Source: Gammaproteobacteria bacterium (GTDB taxonomy: Bacteria > Pseudomonadota > Gammaproteobacteria > Steroidobacterales > Rariloculaceae). Taken from it: 64,000 nt of DNA. A model generated the notes under the pieces. That model worked only from the letters and a program-made list of their open reading frames with translations, made no database searches and was not told the origin of the DNA. The position numbers were made by a program, and so were the translations under genes. Of the stretch, positions 26,778 through 36,108 are shown piece by piece. The stretch covers positions 33,821 through 97,820 of the forward strand of contig JBJHBT010000013.1 of NCBI GenBank assembly GCA_050485645.1, read 5' to 3'. Position 1 is the first letter of the stretch, and each line of letters opens with the position of its first letter.

Positions 26778-27563
26778 TCAGCGAAACCGCCAGATGAACG
26801 CCGTGCGGGCAGTCCAGTCCGGGCCGCGAGTGATGCCGGTGCCAACCCCCATGTTCACGGTGAAGTTCGGCGACAGGCGCCCGTAGTAGCCCACCAGCGC
26901 TTCGGAAGTGCTGTCGCGGTGCAGCATGCCACGCACCTCCACACCGGCCGCGTGACGCCGCGCAATGTTGACACGGATGGCACCGGCGTACCCCCATTCG
27001 CGAGTCTGACCGGCTTCGCGGTCGAAGATCAGGTTCAGTGCGGCGAGATAGCGTCGGGTTTCATGTCCCGCCGACAGCGTGCCGATGAAACGGTCGCGGT
27101 CGTCGGACTGATGCGCCACCTCGTACCTTGCGGCAAGGCCGGCGTACAGGCGTTGGCGCGGGCCCGTGAGGCGGAAGAATACCGACGGCGCGGTGGTGTC
27201 GTAGCGGGCGGATCGGCCCTGTGGCTTCTCCAGGCGCGCCGGCAGCGCAACGGCCACGCGCCGCGACACCCCGAACAGAATACCCGGCTCCATCTGATAC
27301 AGATTGCGGTCCATGGACAAATAGTTCTGTTGCACATACAAATATCCACCGCCGGCCTGCGGCAGTCGTGGCGATTCGGTGAGCAGGAAATCCATTCCGT
27401 GCTGCGCAGGTGCCGGTGCGGGCGCGACAGACAGGATGGCAGCTGCAACAATTGCGGCCGCGCGGAATCGATGGCGTGATGCGCGCGAAACCGTCGGTCG
27501 CGAAACCGTTTGTAGTGATTGCCGCGATCGTTGAAGTGGTTGTTGCTGGTGTAATCCGGGCAT
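26778..27563 (-). CDS. Putative small outer-membrane beta-barrel protein
   Basis: Ala-rich signal (AAAIVAAAILSVAPAPAPAQ), alternating amphipathic strands, aromatic C-terminus FIWRFR. Start codon uncertain. Confidence 0.55.
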   Translation of the reverse strand: MPGLHQQQPLQRSRQSLQTVSRPTVSRASRHRFRAAAIVAAAILSVAPAPAPAQHGMDFLLTESPRLPQAGGGYLYVQQNYLSMDRNLYQMEPGILFGVSRRVAVALPARLEKPQGRSARYDTTAPSVFFRLTGPRQRLYAGLAARYEVAHQSDDRDRFIGTLSAGHETRRYLAALNLIFDREAGQTREWGYAGAIRVNIARRHAAGVEVRGMLHRDSTSEALVGYYGRLSPNFTVNMGVGTGITRGPDWTARTAFIWRFR

Positions 27564-27618
27564 GAAGCGTCAGGCGATCTTGGTTACGATGAATGGAAGG
27601 GACTAAAGGATCATAGCA

Positions 27619-28383
27619 GTGCGGGAAGCAGGCATAAATCAGACTCCGGATTCGACACCGGTCACGATACTGGGCGCCGGCTACGTGGGCGCAGCACTTC
27701 TGAAGGCCATTCCCGGCGCGGTGGCGACCCGCCGTCGGAGGGGGCCGGACCGGTCGCTGATCCGGTTCGATCTGGCTGACCGCGAAACCTGGCAGCAGGT
27801 GCCGGTGCGCGACCGCACCGTGGTGATCACGTTCCCCGCCGAACCCTGCGAGCTGATTCAGGCATTTCATGCCGAGGTGCTGTCGCAGGCGGCCGGCATC
27901 ATCGCGCTGGGCAGCACGTCGGCTTACCGCCTGCCGCCGGAGGCCGGCGAAGCGGTGGTCGATGTCGACGAGGACTCGCCGCTGGATCTCACCCGGGAAC
28001 GCGTTCGGGGCGAGGAATGGCTGCGCGGAGCGGGTGCAACCATCCTGCAGCTGGCCGGCATCTTCGGACCGGATCGCGATCCGGCGGACTGGCTCAACCG
28101 CGGGCGCATCCGCGATGGCGCCAAGATCGTGAACCTGATCCATGTCGACGACATCGTCGCAGCCATTCTGGCGCTGGTGCAGCGGCCGATGCCCGGGCAG
28201 CGGATCAGCGCGGTCAACGGCGAGCCGATCGCCTGGCGCGATCTGCGTTCACGGCTGGTTGCGGCCGGCCGGGCGGACGCCAGGCGGCCACTGGCCGACA
28301 GTATTCCCGGCGAACACGGCAAGCGGGTGCTCAACCTGCGTCTGCGCGCACTGATGCCGGAGCACCAGTTTCAGCTTCCGTGA
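27619..28383 (+). CDS. NAD(P)-binding Rossmann protein (atypical SDR/epimerase-like)
   Basis: ILGAGYVGAALL dinucleotide-binding loop and IHVDDIVAAI, typical of NmrA/epimerase-like proteins. Confidence 0.7.
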   Translation: MREAGINQTPDSTPVTILGAGYVGAALLKAIPGAVATRRRRGPDRSLIRFDLADRETWQQVPVRDRTVVITFPAEPCELIQAFHAEVLSQAAGIIALGSTSAYRLPPEAGEAVVDVDEDSPLDLTRERVRGEEWLRGAGATILQLAGIFGPDRDPADWLNRGRIRDGAKIVNLIHVDDIVAAILALVQRPMPGQRISAVNGEPIAWRDLRSRLVAAGRADARRPLADSIPGEHGKRVLNLRLRALMPEHQFQLP

Positions 28384-28473
28384 ATCCGGGTCTGATATGC
28401 TCGGTTTCGCGCGCAGTCTGTGCACGCGCCGAAGTTCTCGACAACCAACCCAACAACAACCGGGAATCGGGTC

Positions 28474-29313
28474 ATGGAAACGGAAGAATTGTTTGAGCAT
28501 GTGCGGGAAGCAGGCGCCTATTTCGGCCTGAATCTGCTGGCGGCGATCGCGATACTTGTTATCGGCTGGTGGATCGCGAAGCTGATCCAGAAGGGTGTGC
28601 TGAAGGGGCTGGAGAGGGCAAACCTGGAGCCCATCCTGGTTCGCTTTTTCTCCAGTCTCGTGTATGCGTTGCTGATGGTGTTCGTGATAATCGGCGCCAT
28701 CAGTCGGCTCGGCGTGCAGACCGCATCACTGATCGCGCTGGTTGGTGCGGCCGGCCTGGCCGTCGGTCTGGCCATGCAGGGATCGCTCGCCAATCTCGCT
28801 GCCGGCGTACTGCTGATCATCTTCCGCCCGTATCGCATCGGTGATTTCATCGAGGGTGGTGGCACCAGCGGTACCGTGGAGGAAGTGCAGATATTCACCA
28901 CGGTGCTCAAGACGCCGGACAGCCGGCGTGTGATCGTGCCCAACAGTCAGATGATGGGCGGCACCATCACCAACTTCTCGTCGCACCCGCAACGTCGCGT
29001 GGACCTCACTGTCGGAGTGAGCTACGACGCCGATTCCGACCATGTGCGCAGGGTGGTGCAGGACGTACTGGCGGCCGATGAGCGCGTGCTGGCGCAGCCC
29101 GAACCGGTGGTGGCGATGCTGGCACACGGCGACAGCAGCGTGGAGTGGATCGTGCGCCCCTGGGTGCAGACGGCGGACTACTGGAAGTTCTACTGGGATA
29201 CGATGGAAGCGATCAAGCGGGCGTTTGATCGTGAGGGTATCTCGATACCGTATCCTCAGCGCGACGTGCACATCTACAACCACCAGGTTGAGGAGAAGCA
29301 GGCGGCATCGTGA
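28474..29313 (+). CDS. Small-conductance mechanosensitive channel (MscS family)
   Basis: Three N-terminal TM segments, then PYRIGDFIE..GTVEEVQIFTTVLKTPDSRRVIVPNSQ..TNFS. Confidence 0.9.
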   Translation: METEELFEHVREAGAYFGLNLLAAIAILVIGWWIAKLIQKGVLKGLERANLEPILVRFFSSLVYALLMVFVIIGAISRLGVQTASLIALVGAAGLAVGLAMQGSLANLAAGVLLIIFRPYRIGDFIEGGGTSGTVEEVQIFTTVLKTPDSRRVIVPNSQMMGGTITNFSSHPQRRVDLTVGVSYDADSDHVRRVVQDVLAADERVLAQPEPVVAMLAHGDSSVEWIVRPWVQTADYWKFYWDTMEAIKRAFDREGISIPYPQRDVHIYNHQVEEKQAAS

Positions 29314-29882
29314 ACGACGGCACGCTGTCGTTCGGCTTCGATCCGGTTGCCACGCCTCAGGCGCGAGTACTGATTCTGGGCAGCCTGCCTGGCCGGCGTT
29401 CGCTGGCGGATGCCGAGTACTACGCCCAGCCGCGCAATGCGTTCTGGCGCATCATGGGCGAGCTGGTCGGCGCGGATCCGCATCTGCCGTACGCGCAGCG
29501 GCTGCGGCGGCTGACGTCGGCCGGCATAGCGCTGTGGGATGTGCTCGCGGCCGCCAGGCGGCCGGGCAGTCTGGACAGCGCCATCGAGCGATCCGGCATC
29601 GTCGTCAATGACATCGACGGCTTCCTCACGCGCCACACGCAGGTACGGTTGATCTGCTGCAATGGCGGCAAGGCCGCGGAACTGCTGCAGCGTAACGTGC
29701 TGCCGACGCTCACGGGCCGCGCCGCGTTCATTGCCTGGCAGCAGCTGCCTTCCACCAGTCCCGCCTACGCATCGATGCCATACGAAGACAAGCTGCGTTG
29801 CTGGCGTCAGGCCATCGGTGGTCCGCTCGCTGGCGACGAGCCGCGGCGCGGCGCAGCTTCGGAAGCACCCTGCCAGGCCTGA
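29310..29882 (+). CDS. DNA-deoxyinosine (hypoxanthine) glycosylase, UDG family 6-like
   Basis: RVLILGSLPGRRSLADAEYYAQPRNAFWRIMG. The GTG start overlaps the mscS stop (GTGA). Confidence 0.8.
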   Translation: MNDGTLSFGFDPVATPQARVLILGSLPGRRSLADAEYYAQPRNAFWRIMGELVGADPHLPYAQRLRRLTSAGIALWDVLAAARRPGSLDSAIERSGIVVNDIDGFLTRHTQVRLICCNGGKAAELLQRNVLPTLTGRAAFIAWQQLPSTSPAYASMPYEDKLRCWRQAIGGPLAGDEPRRGAASEAPCQA

Positions 29883-29885
29883 ACG

Positions 29886-30716
29886 ATGAAAAAACTTCTG
29901 CAGGACCCGCTGATTCATTTCCTCTTTCTGGGTGCGGCGATCTTCGTGCTGTTCGCCGTGCTCGATGACGACGAAGACGACGATGCCACGCGGATCGTGA
30001 TTTCCGCCGATCAGGTGCGGCAGGCGGTCGATCTGGCAACCATGCTGCGTGGCGATACGCCCGATCGCGAGCAGATCGAGCAGCTGCTGGAACCCGTGAT
30101 ACGCGAGCAGGTGCTGTACCGCGAGGCGCGCGCACTGGGGCTGGATCGCGACGATGAAACGGTGCGACTGCGCCTTGTCGAGAAAATGCGGTTTCTCACC
30201 GAGGATCTCATTGAGCCGGAGCTGCCCGATGATGCGCGGCTGCGTGCCTTCTACGACGCCGATCCGCAACGCTTTGCGATACCGGCGCGGGTGAACTTCG
30301 AGCAGGTGTACTTCAGTCCGCGGGAGCGCGGTGATGCGCTGCGGGACGATGTGGCTGCGGCACGGAGCCGCCTGGAGGCCGGCGAGGACCTGGCCGGGGA
30401 CAGCTCGCCGCTGCGCCGGCAGTATCCCGATGCCGTCCGCGAGCAGGTGGAGGTGCTGTTCGGCGAGCCGTTCGCGGCAGCCATGTTCTCCGCGGTACCG
30501 GGCAGCTGGTACGGCCCGTTCGAATCGGACTTCGGCGTGCACCTGGCTTTCCTGCACGAACGCGTGGCTCGGCATCAGCCGTCCTTCGACGAGGCGCGCG
30601 AGGCCGTGCTCGACGCCTATCTGTCGGATCACCGGCATCGGGCCAACGAGGCGGAGTTCAGACGCATGCGCGACCGCTACGAAGTCGTCATCGACTGGTC
30701 CGCCGTGCAGTCCTGA
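29886..30716 (+). CDS. Membrane-anchored parvulin/PpiC-type PPIase-like protein (Rotamase_2-like)
   Basis: N-terminal TM segment LIHFLFLGAAIFVLFAVL and C-terminal WYGPFESDFGVHLAFL, a parvulin-like block. Confidence 0.7.
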   Translation: MKKLLQDPLIHFLFLGAAIFVLFAVLDDDEDDDATRIVISADQVRQAVDLATMLRGDTPDREQIEQLLEPVIREQVLYREARALGLDRDDETVRLRLVEKMRFLTEDLIEPELPDDARLRAFYDADPQRFAIPARVNFEQVYFSPRERGDALRDDVAAARSRLEAGEDLAGDSSPLRRQYPDAVREQVEVLFGEPFAAAMFSAVPGSWYGPFESDFGVHLAFLHERVARHQPSFDEAREAVLDAYLSDHRHRANEAEFRRMRDRYEVVIDWSAVQS

Positions 30717-31876
30717 TGCGGCGCGCATCCGCTCCGGATCGTGCGCAGCCGAGGCGGGCGCTGCTGTCGCGGATCCGGCGGAATATTTGCGGCTTTCCAG
30801 TGTCGCGGGTCCGTCGGGCCATTGGCGGCTTTGCAGGTTCCGTGGGCTGGCTGACGTTGCCCGGTTTTCGACGCCTGACGCCCGGTGCGCTCCTCGTCAT
30901 CGTCGTCGCGACAGCCGGGTTCGTAGCGGCCGCGGATGCGCATCGGCTGACACCGGCCTATCTGGGGCTCACCGAAACCGCGCCCGACACCTTTGCGGTG
31001 CAGTGGAAGGTATCCAGCATCGGTGGACTCACCGCCGTGCTGGTGCCGGCGATTCCCGAGCCCTGCGAACTCACGGGGCCGGTGCGTACACAGGAGCGTG
31101 TCGACACACGTACGCAGAGTGGCGAAGTCATCTGCGCCGCGGGTCTGCGCGGGCAGATGGTGGGCGTGCAGGGACTGTCTGAAACGCATACCGACGTGCT
31201 GCTGCGCGTGCAGTTCGCCGATGGCAGTGCCTTCGTGCATCGCCTGACACCGTCCGCGACGCATGTGCAGGTGCCTGAGCGTGCCGGTCGCGTCGGCGTG
31301 ATGCTCACCTACCTGGTGCTCGGCGTCGAGCACATTCTGATCGGCGTGGATCATCTGCTGTTCGTGCTCGCGCTGCTGATGATCGTGCGCGGTGTTGGGC
31401 TGCTGGTGGCCACGGTGACCGCCTTCACGATTGCTCACAGCCTGACGCTGGGTGCCGCCGTCCTCGGATGGGTGCATGTGCCCGAGGAGCCGGTCGAGGC
31501 GGTGATCGCGCTCAGCATCCTGTTTCTGGCGCTGGAGCTGGCGCGCCACGGCGTGAAGCCGGACGCATCGCGAAGCCTTGCCGCGCGCTTTCCGTGGTTT
31601 GTTGCGTTCGCGTTCGGCCTGCTGCACGGCTTCGGATTCGCCGGTGCGCTGTTCGAGGTGGGCTTGCCCGAACACGCGATCCCGCTGGCGCTGCTGTTCT
31701 TCAACATTGGCGTGGAAATCGGTCAGCTGCTGTTCATTGCCGTGGTGCTCGGCGTGGTCTGGCTGGTGCGCAGGCTGCGCCTTCCGCTACCGCAATGGAC
31801 ACCGGTGGCGGTCGTTTACCTGATCGGTTCGCTGGCCGCTTTCTGGGCGCTGGACCGCACATTGACGGCCTTCTGA
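30716..31876 (+). CDS. HupE/UreJ-family membrane protein
   Basis: GVEHILIGVDHLLFVLALL and AFTIAHSLTL, followed by four more TM segments. The ATG overlaps the upstream stop (TGATG). Confidence 0.8.
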   Translation: MRRASAPDRAQPRRALLSRIRRNICGFPVSRVRRAIGGFAGSVGWLTLPGFRRLTPGALLVIVVATAGFVAAADAHRLTPAYLGLTETAPDTFAVQWKVSSIGGLTAVLVPAIPEPCELTGPVRTQERVDTRTQSGEVICAAGLRGQMVGVQGLSETHTDVLLRVQFADGSAFVHRLTPSATHVQVPERAGRVGVMLTYLVLGVEHILIGVDHLLFVLALLMIVRGVGLLVATVTAFTIAHSLTLGAAVLGWVHVPEEPVEAVIALSILFLALELARHGVKPDASRSLAARFPWFVAFAFGLLHGFGFAGALFEVGLPEHAIPLALLFFNIGVEIGQLLFIAVVLGVVWLVRRLRLPLPQWTPVAVVYLIGSLAAFWALDRTLTAF

Positions 31877-31889
31877 TACCCTTCCGTAC

Positions 31890-32645
31890 GTGAAAAGGAA
31901 TCAGACGCCGCTGGCGGCAAAAAAATCCGACGACCGTTCCGGGCTGTTCGATGGCGGTCGCGGCCTGATTGGTGAAGCGCTGCTGATGCTGCGCGGCGCC
32001 ACGCGACCCCTCACCGCGGTCGCGCTCATCGTGTTGCTGATCCTGCTGCTGCGGCCTGGCGAGTGGCTCGGGCAGCTGGATGTGATGCGCGGCTGGGTGC
32101 AATCGCGGGGGCTGCTGGGCCTGCTGGTTGTGCTGTGCGTCTATGTGCTTGCCGCCGTGGCGCTGGTGCCGCAGACGGTACTGAAAGTGGCTGCGGGTGG
32201 TCTGTTCGGTTCGCTGTGGGGTGTGGCGGTAGCCAGCATCGGGTCGGCGCTGGGGGCGCTGGCCTGTTTCCTGATCGCCCGCTACGCGGCGCGTGGCCCC
32301 TGGATGAACCGCATCCGACGTGGTCAGCGCATGATGCAGCTCAACGAGCTGGCACGTGAACGCGGTGTCTGGCTGGTCGTGATCTGTCGGCTGCTGCCGG
32401 TGTTTCCCGGCAATCTGCTGAACTACGCGCTGGGACTCACGCAGCTGCGTACCGCCATCTTCGTGTTCTGGAGCTGGCTCACCATGCTGCCCGGTATTAT
32501 CGTGCTGGTGGTCGGCACGGACGCCATTCTGCGTGGTCTGGCGGAGGGACGGGTGCCCTGGGGTATGGTCGCCATCGTGACGGGTGTGCTGGCGTTGCTG
32601 GTGTTCCTGACGGTGGTCGTGCGACGCCGGTGGCATTATCAGTGA
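31890..32645 (+). CDS. TVP38/TMEM64 (DedA-related) membrane protein
   Basis: VPQTVLKVAAGGLFGSLWGVAVASIGSALGALACFLIARY and RLLPVFPGNLLNYALG. Confidence 0.85.
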   Translation: MKRNQTPLAAKKSDDRSGLFDGGRGLIGEALLMLRGATRPLTAVALIVLLILLLRPGEWLGQLDVMRGWVQSRGLLGLLVVLCVYVLAAVALVPQTVLKVAAGGLFGSLWGVAVASIGSALGALACFLIARYAARGPWMNRIRRGQRMMQLNELARERGVWLVVICRLLPVFPGNLLNYALGLTQLRTAIFVFWSWLTMLPGIIVLVVGTDAILRGLAEGRVPWGMVAIVTGVLALLVFLTVVVRRRWHYQ

Positions 32646-32803
32646 ACCGGTGGGCGTATAATCCGGTCTGATGGCCGACAGGTCGCTCGGAAGGCGACCC
32701 CTCGGAAGTCGGCCCTTCGCGATACGGATGCGAAGGGGGCGGGGCGCGGGCGCACCGTGTTTAATCAGGCCGCGGCACAGCATAGAGGCGTACACCACGA
32801 ACC

Positions 32804-34099
32804 ATGCAGGATCTGAACGACATTCGCCGTCAGACGAAAGCGATCAGCGCCAGCGGTGTGCTGGGGCGGTCGCGTTCCTATGGGCGGTTCCTGGAATACC
32901 TGGTGGAGTGCACCGCCGATGGACGCACGCCCAAGGAGCTGGAAATCGCGACGGAGGTGTTCGGCCGCGGACCGGACTTCGATCCCAGCCAGGACTCCAT
33001 GGTACGCGTCTATGCCCACAATCTGCGCCAGAAGCTCGACAACTACTACGCCGATGTCGGCCGCAATGAGACACGGCGGCTGACCATTCCACGCGGCGAG
33101 TATCGGGTGGCGCTGGCGTTGGCCGACGAAGTACCCGAGGAAGCGGCGGATGAAGTGATTCCGGCCGCGCGCACGCCGGACTGGCGACGGATGCTGTCGG
33201 CCGCTGCACTGGTGCTGGCCGGCGTGGTGGTGGGCGTGCTGATCGGTGCGCGTGATGCGGGCAACCAGCAGTCGCTGACGCGTGCCCAGCAGGTGGCGGT
33301 GTCGCCCGTCTGGGCCGGCATGCTCGATGATGACACGCCGATACTGGTCGTCGTGGGCGACTACTACATATTCGCCGAGCTCAATGAGAGCGGAAACGTC
33401 GAGCGGCTGGTGCGCGAGTTCACGATCAATACATCAAGGGATCTCGATGATTTCATGATGTATGAGGCGGATCTGGACAGGCGCTACGTGGATCTGGATC
33501 TCACCTATCTGCCACGCGCCAGCGCCTCGGCGCTGCGTGACGTGCTGCGGGTGCTGTATACCGCGGACAAGCCGGTGCGCATCGTGGCGATGAGCGAGCT
33601 GAACGTTTCACAGCTGCGCGACAACCATGTGCTGTACATCGGCTACATCAGCGCGCTCGACAAACTGCTGGACTTCACGTTCGCCGCATCGCAGCTGCGT
33701 GTCGGTGAAACGTTCGACCAGCTGCAGCATCGCGACAGCGGTGAGCTGTTCACCAGCAGCGCCGGATGGGCGGGTGCCGTTCGCAGCTATCGCGACTACG
33801 GCTATTTCTCCACGTTCGCCGGACCCGGTGGACATCAGGTGTCGGTGGTGGCCGGCATGCGCGATACCGGGCTGATGCATGTTGCCTATGCGCTCACCGA
33901 TCCGACCCAGGTGGATGCCCTCGAGCAGTCGCTGGGGCTGGGTGCCGACGCCCGGCCCGGGTTCGAACTGCTGTACGAAGTGATGGGCGTGGAGCGCGCC
34001 AACCTGGACGGCAGTCTGGTGCACATCGCCCGCTTCGATCAGCAGCCGATCCGGGGTGGCGACATGGCGAACTCGAACCCGGGTTCGAGTTCGCGCTGA
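32804..34099 (+). CDS. Membrane-anchored winged-helix (OmpR/CadC-like) protein with a large periplasmic domain
   Basis: FLEYLVECTADGRTPKELEIATEVFGRGPDFDPSQDSMVRVYAHNLRQKLDNYY fits the Trans_reg_C-like pattern. One TM segment (LSAAALVLAGVVVGVLIG) precedes an unassigned domain of about 270 aa. Confidence 0.7.
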   Translation: MQDLNDIRRQTKAISASGVLGRSRSYGRFLEYLVECTADGRTPKELEIATEVFGRGPDFDPSQDSMVRVYAHNLRQKLDNYYADVGRNETRRLTIPRGEYRVALALADEVPEEAADEVIPAARTPDWRRMLSAAALVLAGVVVGVLIGARDAGNQQSLTRAQQVAVSPVWAGMLDDDTPILVVVGDYYIFAELNESGNVERLVREFTINTSRDLDDFMMYEADLDRRYVDLDLTYLPRASASALRDVLRVLYTADKPVRIVAMSELNVSQLRDNHVLYIGYISALDKLLDFTFAASQLRVGETFDQLQHRDSGELFTSSAGWAGAVRSYRDYGYFSTFAGPGGHQVSVVAGMRDTGLMHVAYALTDPTQVDALEQSLGLGADARPGFELLYEVMGVERANLDGSLVHIARFDQQPIRGGDMANSNPGSSSR

Positions 34100-34117
34100 C
34101 TGCGGTGGCCGCGGCCG

Positions 34118-35065
34118 TTACGGCGTACAGCGAATCAGCAGCTCTCCCGGCTTCACGTAGCACTCCGAGTCCGGTTCCGGCTTGAAGCGTGGCGCAAACA
34201 GTTCCGCCAGCATGCAGCGCACACTGCCGCCCCCGGTCTCGATGGTGGGCACATGGGCAACCACCAGTCTGCCGAACCGGCTCAGCCGGTCGCTTTCCGG
34301 CCAGCCGGCCTGCGCCCGCGTCGACATGGCGATCACCGGCCCGTCACCGCGCAGTTCCAGAATGTTTGCGGCGAAGTTCTGCATCTGACGTCGCCCGATG
34401 ATCAGCACCTCGCGACCGCTGGCTTCGATGGTGGTCAGCAGCGCCTCGCGCTCGGCGCGGTTGCGGATCACGTCGGCACAGACCACAGCGAATTTTGTGC
34501 CCAGCGACATCAGCACATTGGTGTGATAGATCGGCAGGCCGGAACGATCCGTTGCGGTGAACGGCATCGGCCTGTATCCCAGCAGGGCACAGACTTCCCG
34601 TAACGGCCTGTCGTGGGTTCGTGGCGACAGGCAGGCGAATGCGATGCGCTGGATATGGTCGAACACGATGCTGCCTGTGCCTTCCAGGTAGTGATGGTCG
34701 CGTTCGTGTGAACTGAGATCCACCATGCGCCTGATCGCCAGCCGGCCAACCCGGCGCAGCATGTCGACGGTTTCCTGCCTGCGTTCCATGCGGCGGTTGT
34801 TCGCCAGCATCGGATAAGTCAGCACGGTGCCGTCGGCGTGACAGCTGATCCAGTTGTTCGGGAACACCTCGTCCGGCAGTGACATATCGGTCCGTCCGTC
34901 CGCGAGCAGCACGCGCACACCGCTGTCGGCCAGTTGCACGGCCAGTGCCTCGGTTTCGGCGCGGGCACGATCGGCCACCGCGGAAGGGCGCCCCGACGGC
35001 CTGCGCTGAAAGCGATTGGACTGCCGGGTCTGCGGATTGGCCGAGAAGCGGGTGGGGTGGATCAT
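34118..35065 (-). CDS. Amidinotransferase-fold, arginine-deiminase-related hydrolase (CtlX-like)
   Basis: MIHPTRFSANP opening, PDEVFPNNW, and the C-terminal GGGSVRCMLAE cysteine nucleophile motif. Only ATG 35065 avoids overlap with the upstream gene. Confidence 0.8.
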   Translation of the reverse strand: MIHPTRFSANPQTRQSNRFQRRPSGRPSAVADRARAETEALAVQLADSGVRVLLADGRTDMSLPDEVFPNNWISCHADGTVLTYPMLANNRRMERRQETVDMLRRVGRLAIRRMVDLSSHERDHHYLEGTGSIVFDHIQRIAFACLSPRTHDRPLREVCALLGYRPMPFTATDRSGLPIYHTNVLMSLGTKFAVVCADVIRNRAEREALLTTIEASGREVLIIGRRQMQNFAANILELRGDGPVIAMSTRAQAGWPESDRLSRFGRLVVAHVPTIETGGGSVRCMLAELFAPRFKPEPDSECYVKPGELLIRCTP

Positions 35066-35099
35066 CAGTACCGCGGGCGCGGCCTGATGGACGGGTTCC

Positions 35100-36101
35100 T
35101 CACCGGCAGTGGCTGGGTGATCCGTCACCGGCGGCCTCCAGTTGTGTGAGTGTTTCGCGAATGGCGTCCTGAAGCACGCCGGGTTCGGCAACGGCAAGCG
35201 CCTGGCGCGCTTCGGAAAGCGCCGCTGCCGGACAGCCCTGTGCCATGAGCACGTGAGCGAGATTGTTGCGTGCCGCGGCGTGTTCGGGCTGCAGGCTGAT
35301 CGCGGCGCGATACAGCGTGGCCGCCTGCTCGAGGCGGCCATGCTGATACTGCTGATTGGCGGCGGCGAACGCCACCAGCGCCTCGTCGGGCCAGCGGCTC
35401 AGCGCGCCGGTGTAGCCCTGCAGGGCCGCCACCGGCGTCAGCAGTGCTTCGGTGTCGGCCAGTGCGCGCACGTAGCGTCTTGGATCGGCGCTTGCCGGCA
35501 CGCGACCGGGATGTGCCACCACAAACGCCCAGTTGTCGGCCAGTGCCCAGCGGCGCATGAACCATCGAGTGCGCTCTTCCCTGCGTTCCTGTTCACCCGA
35601 ACGCAGGATCACGCGATCGCGTTCGGCATCGAAGCCCACCACCACCGCGTAGTGCCAGCGCGGACGACTGGCCACACCCAGATTCTGCAGGACCAGCACC
35701 GGCCGGCCGCTTTCGACTTCGGTCAGCAGTGCGTTGATGTCCGGTTCCAGCGTGTACGGCACCAGGCCGTGGCGCCGTGTTGCTCCCAGCAGTTCCGCCT
35801 GCAGGCTGCCACGCAGGCCTTCCACATAGACGGCGGGTACCAGATCGTCCGCGGTGACGGGAACGCGCTCGTAGGCCAGCACCGTGGCCAGCGCCGCCGG
35901 ACCGCACTGGTAGTCGGTCTGCGGGAAGAACGGCACACGCGTGAGTTCCACCTGCGGCAGCGTGTCGGGAACCGGCAGGGAGGCAAGGCCCACGCAGCCG
36001 GCAAGGCTTGCCGCAACGATCAGCACAGCGGCGACCCTTGCCGTTACGGAGTGGGCTGGTGTGCCCGGTGTGTCGGCGATCCTGATGCCGCGCGTCGGCA
36101 T
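35100..36101 (-). CDS. Lipoprotein with a C39-like cysteine peptidase domain plus TPR (PA2778-family)
   Basis: Lipobox SLAGC. Cys motif QTDYQCGPAALATVLAY, His motif RWHYAVVVGFD, C-terminal TPR (GRLEQAATLYRAAISLQPEHAAARNNLAHVL). Confidence 0.85.
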   Translation of the reverse strand: MPTRGIRIADTPGTPAHSVTARVAAVLIVAASLAGCVGLASLPVPDTLPQVELTRVPFFPQTDYQCGPAALATVLAYERVPVTADDLVPAVYVEGLRGSLQAELLGATRRHGLVPYTLEPDINALLTEVESGRPVLVLQNLGVASRPRWHYAVVVGFDAERDRVILRSGEQERREERTRWFMRRWALADNWAFVVAHPGRVPASADPRRYVRALADTEALLTPVAALQGYTGALSRWPDEALVAFAAANQQYQHGRLEQAATLYRAAISLQPEHAAARNNLAHVLMAQGCPAAALSEARQALAVAEPGVLQDAIRETLTQLEAAGDGSPSHCR

Positions 36102-36108
36102 AGGCGGA

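Noticed and set aside
35066-35341. N-terminal extension of the CtlX-like ORF (annotated from 35341).
   Set aside because: The extension overlaps the 3' end of the PA2778-family gene in another frame and is Arg/Pro-rich. The family-typical N-terminus (MIHPTRF) starts at ATG 35065, and there is no alternative start codon between 35065 and the upstream stop.
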